From Stegostoma tigrinum (lineage: Eukaryota), in assembly GCF_030684315.1 (NCBI RefSeq), contig NC_081387.1, positions 6,304,497-6,368,496 on the forward strand: a stretch of 64,000 nt of DNA, in the 5' to 3' direction. Positions 1 through 15,000 of the stretch are shown piece after piece. The notes under the pieces were generated by a model, which was given only the letters and a program-made list of their open reading frames with translations, did no database searches and was not told the origin of the DNA. Each line of letters starts with the position of its first letter. Position 1 is the first letter of the stretch. The translations under genes and the position numbers were made by a program.

Positions 1-3000
1 CTTCCTGACACAGTCTCACCCTCCCAGACACTGTTAAAACCCACCAGACTAAATTCACTCCTATCCTGATCCTGCCTCACCCTCCCGGACACTGTTAAAA
101 CCCACCAGACTAAATTCACTCCCTTCCTGACCCAGTCTCACCCTCCCAGACACTGTTAAAACCCACCAGACTAAATTCACTCCTATCCTGATCCTGCCTC
201 ACCCTCCCAGACAGTGTAAAAACCCACCAGACTAAATTCACTCCCTTCCTGACCCAGTCTCACCCTCCCAGACACTGTTAAAACCCACCAGACTAAATTC
301 ACTCCAATCCATAGCCTGCCTCACCCTCCCAGACACTGTTAAAACCCACCAGACCAATTCACTCCCTTCCTGACCGTGTCTCACCCTCCTAGACGCTGTT
401 AAAACCCACCAGACTAAATTCACTCCCATCCATACCCTGCCTCACCCTCCCAGGCACTGTTAAAACCCACCAGACTAAATTCACTCCCTTCCTGACCCAG
501 TCTCACCCTCCCGGACACTGTTAAAACCCACCAGACCAATTCACTCCCTTCCTGACCCAGTCTCACCCCCCCAGACACTGTTTAAACCCACCAGACTAAA
601 TTCACTCCCTTCCTGATCCTGTCTCACCCTCCCGGACACTGTTTAAACCCACCAGACTAAATTCACTCCCTTCCTGACCCAGTCAAACCCTCCCGGACAC
701 TGTTAAAACCCACCAGACTAAATTCACTCCTATCCTGATCCTGCCTCACCCTCCCAGACACTGTTAAAACCCACCAGACTAAACTCACTCCCTTCCTGAC
801 CCAGTCTCACCCTCCCAGGCACTGTTAAAACCCACCAGACTAAATTCACTCCCTTCCTGACCCAGTCAAACCCTCCCGGACACTGTTAAAACCCACCAGA
901 CTAAACTCACTCCTATCCTGATTCTGCCTCACCCTCCCAGATGGAGTTAAAACCCACCAGACTAAATTCACTCCCTTCCTGAACCAGTCAAACCCTCCCG
1001 GACACTGTTAAAACCCACCAGACTAAATTCACTCCTATCCTGATCCTGCCTCACCATCCCTGATGCAGTTAAAACCCACCAGACTAAATTCACTCCCTTC
1101 CTGACCCTGTCTCACCCTCCCGGACACTGTTAAAAACCCACCAGACTAAATTCACTCCCTTCCTGGCCCAGTCTCACCCTCCCGGACACTGTTAAAACCC
1201 ATCAGACTAAATTCACTCCCCCGCCCCGATCCTGCCTCACCCTTTCGGACACTGTTAAAACCCACCAGACTAAATTCACTCCCTTCCTGACCCAGTCTCA
1301 CCCTCCCAGACACTGTTAAAACCCACCAGACTAAATTCACTCCTATCCTGATCCTGCCTCACTCTCCCAGACAGTGTTAAAACCCACGAGACTAAATTCA
1401 CTCCCTTCCTGACCCAGTCTCACCCTCCGAGACACTGTGAAAACCCACCAGACTAAATTCTCTCCTATCCTGATCCTGCCTCACTACCCCCAGACACTGT
1501 TAAAACCCACCAGACTAAATTCACTCCCTTCCTGATCCTGCTCACCCTCCCAGATGCAGTTAAAACCCACCAGACTAAATTCACTCCCTTCCTGATCCTG
1601 CCTCACCCTCCCAGACACTGTTTAAACCCACCAGACTAAATTCACTCCCTTCCTGACCCAGTCTCACCCTCCCAGACATTGTTAAAACCCACCAGACTAA
1701 ATTGACTCCTATCCTGATCCTGCCTCACCGTCCCAGACACTGTTAAAACCCACCAGACTAAATTCACTCCCTTCCTGACCCAGTCTCACCCTCCCGGACA
1801 CTGTTAAAACCCACCAGACTAAATTCACTCCCCCCTGCCGATCCTGCCACACCCTCCCGGACACTGTTAAAACCCACCAGACCAATTCACTCCCTTCCTG
1901 ATCCAGTCTCACCCTCCCGGACACTGTTAAAACCCACCAGACCAATTCACTCCCTTCCTGACCCTGTCTCACCCTCCCAGATGCAGTTAAAACCCACCAG
2001 ACCAAATTCACTCCCTTCCTGACCCAGTCTCACCCTCCCGGACACTGTTAAAACACACCAGACTAAATTCACTCCCTTCCTGACCCTGTCTCACCCTCCC
2101 GGACACTGCTAAAACCCACCAGACCAATTCACTCCCTTCCTGACCCTGTCTCACCCTCCCAGACACAGTTAACACCCACCAGACTAAATTCACTCCTATC
2201 CTGATTCTGCCTCACCCTCCCAGACACTGTTAAAACCCACCAGACTAAATTCACTCCTATCCTGATCCTGCCTCACCCTCCCGGACACTGTTAAAACCCA
2301 CCAGACAAAATTCACTCCCTTCCTGACCCAGTCTCACCCTCCCAGACACTGTTACAACCCACCAGACTAAATTCACTCCTATCCTGATCCTGCCTCACCC
2401 TCCCAGATGCAGTTAAAACCCACCAGACTAAATTCACTCCCTTCCTGACCCAGTCAAACCCTCCCAGACACTGTTAAAACCCACCAGACTAAATTCACTC
2501 CCTTCCTGACCCAGTCTCACCCTCCCAGACACTGTGAAAACCCACCAGACTAAATTCACTCCTATCCTGATCCTTCCTCACCACCCCCAGACACTGTTAA
2601 AACCCACCAGACTAAATTCACTCCCTTCCTCACCCAGTCTCACCCTCCCAGACACTGTTAAAACCCACCAGACTAAATTCACTCCCCCCCGATCCTGCCT
2701 CACCCTCCCGGACACTGTTAAAACCCACCAGACTAAAATCACTCCCCCCGGCCGATCCTGCCTCACCCTCCCGGACACTGTTAAAACCCACCAGACTAAA
2801 TTCACTCCCATCCATACCCTGCCTCACCCTCCCAGGCACTGTTAAAACCAACCAGACTAAATTCACTCCCTTCCTGACCCAGTCTCACCCTCCCAGACAC
2901 TGTTTAAACCCACCAGACTAAATTCACTACTATCCTGATCCTGCCTCACTCTCCCAGACAGTGTTAAAACCCACGAAACTAAATTCACTCCCTTCCTGAC

Positions 3001-6000
3001 CCAGTGTCACCCTCCCAGACACTGTGAAAACCCACCAGACTAAATTCACTCCTATCCTGATCCTGCCTCACCACCCCCAGACACTGTTAAAACCCACCAG
3101 ACTAAATTCACTCCTTTCCTGATCCTGCCTCACCCTCCCAGATGCAGTTAAAACCCACCAGACTAAATTCACTCCCTTCCTGATCCTGTCTCACCCTCCC
3201 GGACACTGTTTAAAACCACCAGACTAAATTCACTCCCTTCCTGACCCAGTCTCACCCTCCCAGACACTGTTAAAACCCACCAGACGAAATTCACTCCTAT
3301 CCTGATCCTGCCTCACCGTCCCAGACACTGTTAAAACCCACCAGACTAAATTCACTCCCTTCCTGACCCAGTCTCACCCTCCCGGACACTGTTGAAACCC
3401 ACCAGACTAAATTCACTCCAATCCATAGCCTGCCTCACCCTCCTAGGCACTGTTAAAACCCACCAGACTAAATTCACTCCTATCCTGATCCTCCCTCACC
3501 GTCCCAGACACTGTTAAAACCCACCAGACTAAATTCACTCCCTTCCTGACCCATTCTCACCCTCCCAGATGCAGTTAAAACCCACCAGAGTAAATTCACT
3601 CCCTTCCTGATCCTGCCTCACCCTCCCGGACACTGTTAAAACCCACCAGACCAATTCACTCCCTTCCTGACCCAGTCTCACCCCCCCAGACACTATTTAA
3701 ACCCACCAGACTAAATTCACTCCATTCCTGATCCTGTCTCACCCTCCCGGACACTGTTTAAACCCACCAGACTAAATTCACTCCCTTCCTGACCCAGTCA
3801 AACCCTCCCGGACACTGTTAAAACCCACCAGACTAAATTCACTCCTATCCTGATCCTGCCTCACCCTCCCAGACACTGTTAAAACCCACCAGACTAAATT
3901 CACTCCATTCCAGACCCAGTCTCACCCTCCCAGGCACTGTTAAAACCCACCAGACTAAATTCACTCCCTTCCTGACCCAGTCAAACCCTCCCGGACACTG
4001 TTAAAACCCACCAGACTAAACTCACTCCTATCCTGATTCTGCCTCACCCTCCCAGATGCAGTTAAAACCCACCAGACTAAATTCACTCCCGTCCTGACCC
4101 AGTCAAACCCTCCCGGACACTGTTAAAACCCACCAGACTAAATTCACTCCTATCCTGATTCTGCCTCACCATCCCTGATGCAGTTAAAACCCACCAGACT
4201 AAATTCACTCCCTTCCTGACCCTGTCTCACCCTCCCGGACACTGTTAAAAACCCACCAGACTAAATTCACTCCCTTCCTGACCCAGTCTCACCCTCCCGG
4301 ACACTGTTAAAACCCACCAGACTAAATTCACTCCCCCGCCCCGATCCTGCCTCACCCTTTCGGACACTGTTAAAACCCACCAGACTAAATTCACTCCCAA
4401 CCATACCCTGCCTCACCCTCCCAGGCACTGTTAAAACCCACCAGACCAAATTCACTCCCTTCCTGACCCAGTCTCACCCTCCCAGACACTGTTAAAACCC
4501 ACCAGACTAAATTCACTCCTATCCTGATCCTGCCTCACTCTCCCAGACAGTGTTAAAACCCACGAGACTAAATTCACTCCCTTCCTGATCCTGTCTCACC
4601 CTCCCGGACACTGTTTAAACCCACCAGACTAAATTCACTCCCTTCCTGATCCTGTCTCACCCTCCCGGACACTGTTTAAACCCACCAGACTAAATTCACT
4701 CCCTTCCTGACCCAGTCAAACCCTCCCGGACACTGTTAAAACCCACCAGACTAAATTCACTCCTATCCTGATCCTGCCTCACCCTCCCAGACACTGTTAA
4801 AACCCACCAGACTAAATTCACTCCATTCCTGACCCAGTCTCACCCTCCCAGGCACTGTTAAAACCCACCAGACTAAATTCACTCCCTTCCTGACCCAGTC
4901 AAACCCTCCCGGACACTGTTAAAACCCACCAGACTAAACTCACTCCTATCCTGATTCTGCCTCACCCTCCCAGATGCAGTTAAAACCCACCAGACTAAAT
5001 TCACTCCCGTCCTGACCCAGTCAAACCCTCCCGGACACTGTTAAAACCCACCAGACTAAATTCACTCCTATCCTGATTCTGCCTCACCATCCCTGATGCA
5101 GTTAAAACCCACCAGACTAAATTCACTCCCTTCCTGACCCTGTCTCACCCTCCCGGACACTGTTAAAAACCCACCAGACTAAATTCACTCCCTTCCTGAC
5201 CCAGTCTCACCCTCCCGGACACTGTTAAAACCCACCAGACTAAATTCACTCCCCCGCCCCGATCCTGCCTCACCCTTTCGGACACTGTTAAAACCCACCA
5301 GACTAAATTCACTCCCAACCATACCCTGCCTCACCCTCCCAGGCACTGTTAAAACCCACCAGACTAAATTCACTCCCTTCCTGACCCAGTCTCACCCTCC
5401 GAGACACTGTGAAAACCCACCAGACTAAATTCTCTCCTATCCTGATCCTGCCTCACTACCCCCAGACGCTGTTAAAACCCACCAGACTAAATTCACTCCC
5501 TTCCTGATCCTGCTCACCCTCCCAGATGCAGTTAAAACCCACCAGACTAAATTCACTCCCTTCCTGATCCTGCCTCACCCTCCCAGACACTGTTTAAACC
5601 CACCAGACTAAATTCACTCCCTTTCTGACCCTGTCTCACCCTCCCGGACACTGTTAAAACCCACCAGACGAAATTCACTCCCTTCCTGACCCAGTCTCAC
5701 CCTCCCAGACAATGTTAAAACCCACCAGACTAAATTGACCCCTATCCTGATCCTGCCTCACCCTACCAGACACTGTTAAAACCCACCAGACTAAATTCAC
5801 TCCTTTCCTGACCCAGTCTCACCCTCCCAGACACTGTTAAAACCCACCAGACTAAATTCACTCCCCCCTGCCGATCCTGCCTCACCCTCCCGGACACTGT
5901 TAAAACCCACCAGACCAATTCACTCCCTTCCTGATCCAGTCTCACCCTCCCGGACACTGTTAAAACCCACCAGACTAAATTCACTCCCTTCCTGACCCAG

Positions 6001-9000
6001 TCTCACCCTCCCGGACACTGTTAAAACCCACCAGACTAAATTCACTCCCCCGCTGAACCTGCCTCACCCTCCCGGACACTGTTGAAACCCACCAGACTAA
6101 ATTCACTCCAATCCATAGCCTGCCTCACCCTCCTAGGCACTGTTAAAACCCACCAGACTAAATTCACTCCTATCCTGATCCTGCCTCACCGTCCCAGACT
6201 CTGTTAAAACCCACCAGACTAAATTCACTCCCTTCCTGACCCAGTCTCACCCTCCCGGACACTGTTAAAACCCACCAGACTAAATTCACTCCCCCCCTGA
6301 ACCTGCCTCACCCTCCCGGACACTGTTGAAACCCACCAGACTAAATTCACTCCAATCCATAGCCTGCCTCACCCTCCTAGGCACTGTTAAAACCCACCAG
6401 ACTAAATTCACTCCTATCCTGATCCTGCCTCACCGTCCCAGACACTGTTAAAACCCACCAGACTAAATTCACTCCCTTCCTGACCCATTCTCACCCTCCC
6501 AGATGTAGTTAAAACCCACCAGAGTAAATTCACTCCCTTCCTGATCCTGCCTCACCCTCCCGGACACTGTTAAAACCCACCAGACCAATTCACTCCCTTC
6601 CTGACCCAGTCTCACCCCCCCAGACACTGTTTAAACCCACCAGACTAAATTCACTCCCTTCCTGATCCTGTCTCACCCTCCCGGACACTGTTTAAACCCA
6701 CCAGACTAAATTCACTCCCTTCCTGACCCAGTCAAACCCTCCCGGACACTGTTAAAACCCACCAGACTAAATTCACTCCTATCCTGATCCTGCCTCACCC
6801 TCCCAGACACTGTTAAAACCCACCAGACTAAATTCACTCCATTCCTGACCCAGTCTCACCCTCCCGGGCACTGTTAAAACCCACCAGACTAAATTCACTC
6901 CCTTCCTGACCCAGTCAAACCCTCCCGGACACTGTTAAAACCCACCAGACTAAACTCACTCCTATCCTGATTCTGCCTCACCCTCCCAGATGCAGTTAAA
7001 ACCCACCAGACTAAATTCACTCCCGTCCTGACCCAGTCAAACCCTCCCGGACACTGTTAAAACCCACCAGACTAAACTCACTCCTATCCTGATTCTGCCT
7101 CACCCTCCCAGATGCAGTTAAAACCCACCAGACTAAATTCACTCCCTTCCTGACCCTGTCTCACCCTCCCGGACACTGTTAAAAACCCACCAGACTAAAT
7201 TCACTCCCTTCCTGACCCAGTCTCACCCTCCCGGACACTGTTAAAACCCACCAGACTAAATTCACTCCCCCGCCCCGATCCTGCCTCACCCTTTCGGACA
7301 CTGTTAAAACCCACCAGACTAAATTCACTCCCATCCATACCCTGCCTCACCCTCCCAGGCACTGTTAAAACCTACCAGACTAAATTCACTCCCTTCCTGA
7401 CCCAGTCTCACCCTCCCAGACACTGTTAAAACCCACCAGACTAAATTCACTCCTATCCTGATCCTGCCTCACTCTCCCAGACAGTGTTAAAACCCACGTG
7501 ACTAAATTCACTCCCTTCCTGACCCAGTCTCACCCTCCGAGACACTGTGAAAACCCACCAGACTAAATTCTCTCCTATCCTGATCCTGCCTCACTACCCC
7601 CAGACGCTGTTAAAACCCACCAGACTAAATTCACTCCCTTCCTGATCCTGCTCACCCTCCCAGATGCAGTTAAAACCCACCAGACTAAATTCACTCCCTT
7701 CCTGATCCTGCCTCACCCTCCCAGACACTGTTTAAACCCACCAGACTAAATTCACTCCCTTTCTGACCCTGTCTCACCCTCCCGGACACTGTTAAAACCC
7801 ACCAGACGAAATTCACTCCCTTCCTGACCCAGTCTCACCCTCCCAGACAATGTTAAAACCCACCAGACTAAATTGACCCCTATCCTGATCCTGCCTCACC
7901 CTACCAGACACTGTTAAAACCCACCAGACTAAATTCACTCCTTTCCTGACCCAGTCTCACCCTCCCGGACACTGTTAAAACCCACCAGACTAAATTCACT
8001 CCTATCCTGATCCTTCCTCACCACCCCCAGACACTGTTGAAACCCACCAGACTAAATTCACTACCTTCCTGACCCAGTCTCACCCTCCCGGACACTGTTA
8101 AAACCCACCAGACTAAATTCACTACCCCGCTGAACCTGCCTCACCCTCCCGGACACTGTCAAACCCACCAGACTAAATTCACTCCCTTCCTGATCCTTCC
8201 TCACCCTCCCAGACACTGTTAAAAACCCACCAGACTAAATTCACTCCCTTCCTGACCCTGTCTCACCCTCCCAGATGCAATTAAAACCCACCAGACTAAA
8301 TTCACTCCCTTCCTGATCCTGCCTCACCCTCCCAGACACTGTTTAAACCCACCAGACTAAATTCACTCCCTTCCTGATCCTTCCTCACCCTCCCAGACAC
8401 TGTTAAATACCCACCAGACTAAATTCACTCCCTTCCTGACCCTGTCTCAACCACCCAGACACTGTTGAAACCCACCAGACTAAATTCACTCCCTTCCTGA
8501 CCATGCCTCACCGTCCCAGACACTGTTAAAACCCACCAGACTAAATTCACTACCTTCCTGACCCAGGCTCACCCTCCCGGACACTGTTAAAACCCACCAG
8601 ACTAAATTCACTCCCCCGCTGAACCTGCCTCACCCTCCCGGACACTGTTGAAACCCACCTGACTAAATTCACTCCAATCCATAGCCTGCCTCACAATCCT
8701 AGGCACTGTTAAAACCCACCAGACTAAATTCACTCCCTTCCTGACCCAGTCTCACCCTCCCAGATGCAGTTAAAACCCACCAGACTAAATTCACTCCCTT
8801 CCTGATCCTGCCTCACCCTCCCAGACACTGTTTAAACCCACCAGACTAAATTCACTCCCTTCCTGATCCTTCCTCACCCTCCAATACACTGTTAAAAACC
8901 CACCAGACTAAATTCACTCCCTTCCTGACCCTGTCTCACCCTCCCGGACACTGTGAAAACCCACCAGACTAAATTCACTCCTATCCTGATCCTTCCTCAC

Positions 9001-12000
9001 CACCCCCAGACACTTTTAAAACCCACCAGACTAAATTCACTCCCTTCCTGACCCAGTCTCATCCTCCCAGACACTGTTTAAACCCACCAGACTAAATTCA
9101 CTCCCCCCCGATCCTGCCTCACCCTCCCGGACACTGTTAAAACCCACCAGACTAAATTCACTCCCCCGTGCCGATCCTGCCTCACCCTCCCGGACACTGT
9201 TAAAACCCACCAGACTACATTCACTCCCATCCATACCCTGCCTCACCCTCCCAGGCACTGTTAAAACCAACCAGACTAAACTCACTCCCTTCCTGACCCA
9301 GTCTCACCCTCCCAGACACTGTTTAAACCCACCAGACTAAATTCACTCCTATCCTGATCCTGCCTCACTCTCCCAGACAGTGTTAAAACCCGCGAGACTA
9401 AATTCACTCCCTTCCTGATCCAGTCTCACCCTCCCAGACACTGTGAAAACCCACCAGACTAAATTCACTCCTATCCTGATTCTGCCTCACCCTCCCAGAC
9501 ACTGTTAAAACCCACCAGACTAAATTCACTCCCTTCCTGTTCCGGCCTCACCCTCCCAGATGCAGTTAAAACCCACCAGACAAAATTCACTCCCTTCCTG
9601 ATCCTGTCTCACCCTCCCAGACACTGTTTAAACCCTCCAGACTAAATTCACTCCCTTCCTGACCCTGTCTGACCCTCCCGGACACTGTTAAAACCCACCA
9701 GACTAAATTCACTCCCTTCCTGACCCAGTCTCACCCTCCCAGACACTGTTAAAACCCACCAGACTAAATTCACTCCTATCCTGATCCTGCCTCACCGTCC
9801 CAGACACTGTTAAAACCCACCAGACTAAATTCACTCCCTTCCTGACCCAGTCTCACCCTCCCGGACACTGTTGAACCCCACCACACTAAACTCACTCCCC
9901 CCCTGAACCTGCCTCACCCTCCCAGACACTGTTGAAACCCACCAGACTAAATTCACTCCAATCCATAGCCTGCCTCACCCTCCTAGGCACTGTTAAAACC
10001 CACCAGACTAAATTCACTCCCTTCCTGATCCAGTCTCACCCGCCCAGATGCAGTTAAAACCCACCAGACTAAATTCACTCCCCCCCCCGAATCCTGCCTC
10101 ACCCTCCCGGACACTGTTAAAACCCACCAGACTAAATTCACTCCCTTCCTGACCCAGTCTCACCCTCCCGGACACTGTTAAAACCCACCAGACTAACTTC
10201 ACTCCCCCCCTGATCCTGCCTCACCCTCCCGGACACTGTTAAAACCCACCAGACTAAATTCACTCCCATCCATACCCTGCCTCACCCTCCCAGGCACTGT
10301 TAAAACCCACCAGACTAAATTCACTCCCTTCCTGACCCAGTCTCACCCTCCCAGACACTGTTTAAACCCAGCAGACTAAATTCACTCCTATCCTGATCCT
10401 GCCTCACCCTCCCAGACACTGTTAAAACCCACCAGACTAAATTCACTCCCTTCCTCACCCAGTCAAACCCTCCCGGACACTGTTAAAACCCACCAGACTA
10501 AATTCTCTCCTATCCTGATCCTGCCTCACCCTCCCAGATGCAGTTAAAACCCACCAGACTAAATTCACTCCCTTCCTGACCCTGTCTCACCCTCCCGGAC
10601 ACTGTTAAAACCCACCAGACTAAATTCACTCCCTTCCTGACCCAGTCTCACCCTCCCGGACACTGTTAAAACCCACCAGACTAAATTCACTCCCTTCCTG
10701 ACCCAGTCAAACCCTCCGGGACACTGTTAAAACCCACCAGACTAAATTCACTCCTATCCTGATCCTGCCTCACCCTCCCAGATGCAGTTAAAACCCACCA
10801 GACTAAATTCACTCCCTTCCTGACCCAGTCAAACCCTCCCAGACACTGTTAAAACCCACCAGACTAAATTCACTCCTATCCTGATCCTGCCTCACCCTCC
10901 CGGACACTGTTAAAACCCACCAGACTAAATTCACTCCCTTCCTGACGCAGTCTCACCCTCCCAGACACTGTTAAAACCCAGCAGACTAAATTCACTGCCC
11001 CCCCCCGATCCTGCCTCACCCTCCCGGACACTGTTAAAACCCACCAGACTAAATTCACTCCCATCCATACCCTGCCTCACCCTCCCAGGCACTGTTAAAA
11101 CCCACCAGACTAAATTCACTCCCTTCCTGACCCAGTCTCACCCTCCCAGACACTGTGAAAACCCACCAGACTAAATTCACTCCTATCCTGATCCTGCCTC
11201 ACCACCCCCAGACACTGTTAAAACCCACCAGACTAAATTCACTCCCTTCCTGATCCTGCCTCACCCTCCCAGATGCAGTTAAAACCCACCATTCTAAATT
11301 CACTCCCTTCCTGATCCTGCCTCACCCTCCCAGACACTGTTTAAACCCACCAGACTAAATTCACTCCCTTCCTGACCCTGTCTCACCTTCCCGTACACTG
11401 TTAAAACCCACCAGACCAATTCACTCCCTTCCTGACCCTGTCTCACCCTCCCAGACACTGTTAAAACCCACCAGACTAAATTCACTCCTATCCTGATCCT
11501 GCCTCACCCTCCCGGACACTGTTAAAACCCACCAGACTAAATTCACTCCCTTCCTGACCCAGTCTCACCCTCCCAGACACTGTTAAAACCCACCAGACTA
11601 AATTCACTCCCTTCCTGACCCAGTCTCACCCTCCCGGATACTGTTAAAACCCACCAGACCAATTCACTCCCTTCCTGACCCTGTCTCACCCTCCCAGACA
11701 CTGTTAAAACCCACCAGACTAAATTCACTCCTATCCTGATCCTGCCTCACCCTCCCAGATGCAGTTAAAACCCCCCAGACTAAATTCACTCCCTTCCTGA
11801 CCCAGTCTCACCCTCCCGGACACTGTTAAAACCCACCAGACCAATTCACTCCCTTCCTGACCCTGTCTCACCCTCCCAGACACTGTTAAAACCCACCAGA
11901 CTGAATTCACTCCTATCCTGATTCTGCCTCACCCTCCCAGACACTGTTAAAACCCACCAGACTAAATTCACTCCCTTCCTGACCCAGTCTCACCCTCCCA

Positions 12001-15000
12001 GACACTGTTAAAACCCACCAGACTAAATTCACTCCTATCCTGATCCTGCCTCACCCTCCCAGACAGTGTAAAAACCCACCAGACTAAATTCACTCCCTTC
12101 CTGACCCAGTCTCACCCTCCCGGACACTGTTAAAACCCAACAGACTAAATTCACTTCCCCCCTGATCCTGCCTCACCCTCCCGGACACTATTAAAACCCA
12201 CCAGACGAAATTCACTCCCTTCCTGACCCAGTCCCTCCCTCCCGGACACTGTTAAAACCCAACAGACTAAATTCACTCCCTTCCTGACCCAGTCTCACCC
12301 TCCCAGACACTGTTAAAACCCACCAGACTAAATTCACTCCTATCCTGATCCTGCCTCACCCTCCCAGACACTGTTAAAACCCACCAGACTAAATTCACTC
12401 CCTTCCTGACCCAGTCTCACCCTCCCAGACACTGTTAAAACCCACCAGACTAAATTCACTCCTATCCTGATCCTGCCTCACCCTCCCAGACACTGTTAAA
12501 ACCCACCAGACTAAATTCACTCCCTTCCTGACCCAGTCTCACCCTCCCGGACACTGTTAAAACCCAACAGACTAAATTCACTCCCTTCCTGATCCTGCCT
12601 CACCCTCCCAGATGCAGTTAAAACCCACCATTCTAAATTCACTCCCTTCCTGATCCTGCCTCACCCTCCCAGACACTGTTTAAACCCACCAGACTAAATT
12701 CACTCCCTTCCTGACCCTGTCTCACCTTCCCGTACACTGTTAAAACCCACCAGACCAATTCACTCCCTTCCTGACCCTGTCTCACCCTCCCAGACACTGT
12801 TAAAACCCACCAGACTAAATTCACTCCTATCCTGATCCTGCCTCACCCTCCCGGACACTGTTAAAACCCACCAGACTAAATTCACTCCCTTCCTGACCCA
12901 GTCTCACCCTCCCAGACACTGTTAAAACCCACCAGACTAAATTCACTCCCTTCCTGACCCAGTCTCACCCTCCCGGATACTGTTAAAACCCACCAGACCA
13001 ATTCACTCCCTTCCTGACCCTGTCTCACCCTCCCAGACACTGTTAAAACCCACCAGACTAAATTCACTCCTATCCTGATCCTGCCTCACCCTCCCAGATG
13101 CAGTTAAAACCCCCCAGACTAAATTCACTCCCTTCCTGACCCAGTCTCACCCTCCCGGACACTGTTAAAACCCACCAGACCAATTCACTCCCTTCCTGAC
13201 CCTGTCTCACCCTCCCAGACACTGTTAAAACCCACCAGACTGAATTCACTCCTATCCTGATTCTGCCTCACCCTCCCAGACACTGTTAAAACCCACCAGA
13301 CTAAATTCACTCCCTTCCTGACCCAGTCTCACCCTCCCAGACACTGTTAAAACCCACCAGACTAAATTCACTCCTATCCTGATCCTGCCTCACCCTCCCA
13401 GACACTGTTAAAACCGACCAGACTAAATTCACTCCCTTCCTGACCCAGTCTCACCCTCCCGGACACTGTTAAAACCCAACAGACTAAATTCACTTCCCCC
13501 CTGATCCTGCCTCACCCTCCCGGACACTATTAAAACCCACCAGACGAAATTCACTCCAATCCATACCCTGCCTCACCCTCCTAGGCACTTGTAAAGCCCA
13601 CCAGACTAAATTCACTCCCTTCCTGACCCAGTCTCACCCTCCCAGACACTATTAATACCCACCAGACTAAATTCACTCCTATCCTGATCCTGCCTCACCC
13701 TCCCAGACACTGTTAAAACCCACCAGACTAAATTCACTCCCTTCCTGACACAGTCTCACCCTCCCAGACACTGTTAAAACCCAGCAGACTAAATTCACTC
13801 CTATCCTGATCCTGCCTCATCCTCCCAGACACTGTTAAAACCCACCAGACTTAATTCACTCCCTTCCTGACCCAGTCTCACCCTCCCGGACACTGTTAAA
13901 ACCCACCAGACTAACTTCACTCCCCCCCTGATCCTGCCTCACCCTCCCGGACACTGTTAAAACCCACCAGACTAAATTCACTCCCATCCATACCCTGCCA
14001 CACCCTCCCAGGCACTGTTAAAACCCACCAGACTAAATTCACTCCCTTCCTGACCCAGTCTCACCCTCCCAGACACTGTTTAAACCCAGCAGACTAAATT
14101 CACTCCTATCCTGATCCTGCCTCACCCTCCCAGACACTGTTAAAACCCACCAGACTAAATTCACTCCCTTCCTGACCCAGTCAAACCCTCCCGGACACTG
14201 TTAAAACCCACCAGACTAAATTCACTCCTATCCTGATCCTGCCTCACCCTCCCAGATGCAGTTAAAACCCACCAGACTAAATTCACTCCCTTCCTGACCC
14301 AGTCAAACCCTCCCAGACACTGTTAAAACCCACCAGACTAAATTCACTCCTATCCTGATCCTGCCTCACCCTCCCAGACACTGTTAAAACCCACCAGACT
14401 AAATTCACTCCCTTCCTGACGCAGTCTCACCCTCCCAGACACTTTTAAAACCCAGCAGACTAAATTCACTCCTATCCTGATCCTGTCTAACCCTCCCAGA
14501 CACTGTTAAAACCCACCAGACTAAATTCACTCCCTTCCTGACCCAGTCTCACCCTCCCGGACACTGTTAAAACCCACGAGACAAATTCACCCCCTTCCTG
14601 ACCCTGTCTCACCCTCCCGGACACTGTTAAAACCCACCAGACTAAATTCACTCCCTTCCTGACCCAGTCTCACCCTCCCAGACACTGTTTAAACCCACCA
14701 GACTAAATTCACTCCCTTCCTGATCCTGCCTCACCCTCCCAGACACTGTTTAAACCCACCAGACTAAATTCACTCCCTTCCTGACCCAGTCTCACCCTCC
14801 CGGACACTGTTAAAACCCACCAGACTAACTTCACTCCCCCCCTGATCCTGCCTCACCCTCCCGGACACTGTTAAAACCCACCAGACTAAATTCACTCCCA
14901 TCCATACCCTGCCTCACCCTCCCAGGCACTGTTGAAACCCACCAGACTAAGTTCACTCCCTTCCTGAACCAGTCTCACCCTCCCAGACACTGTTTTAACC

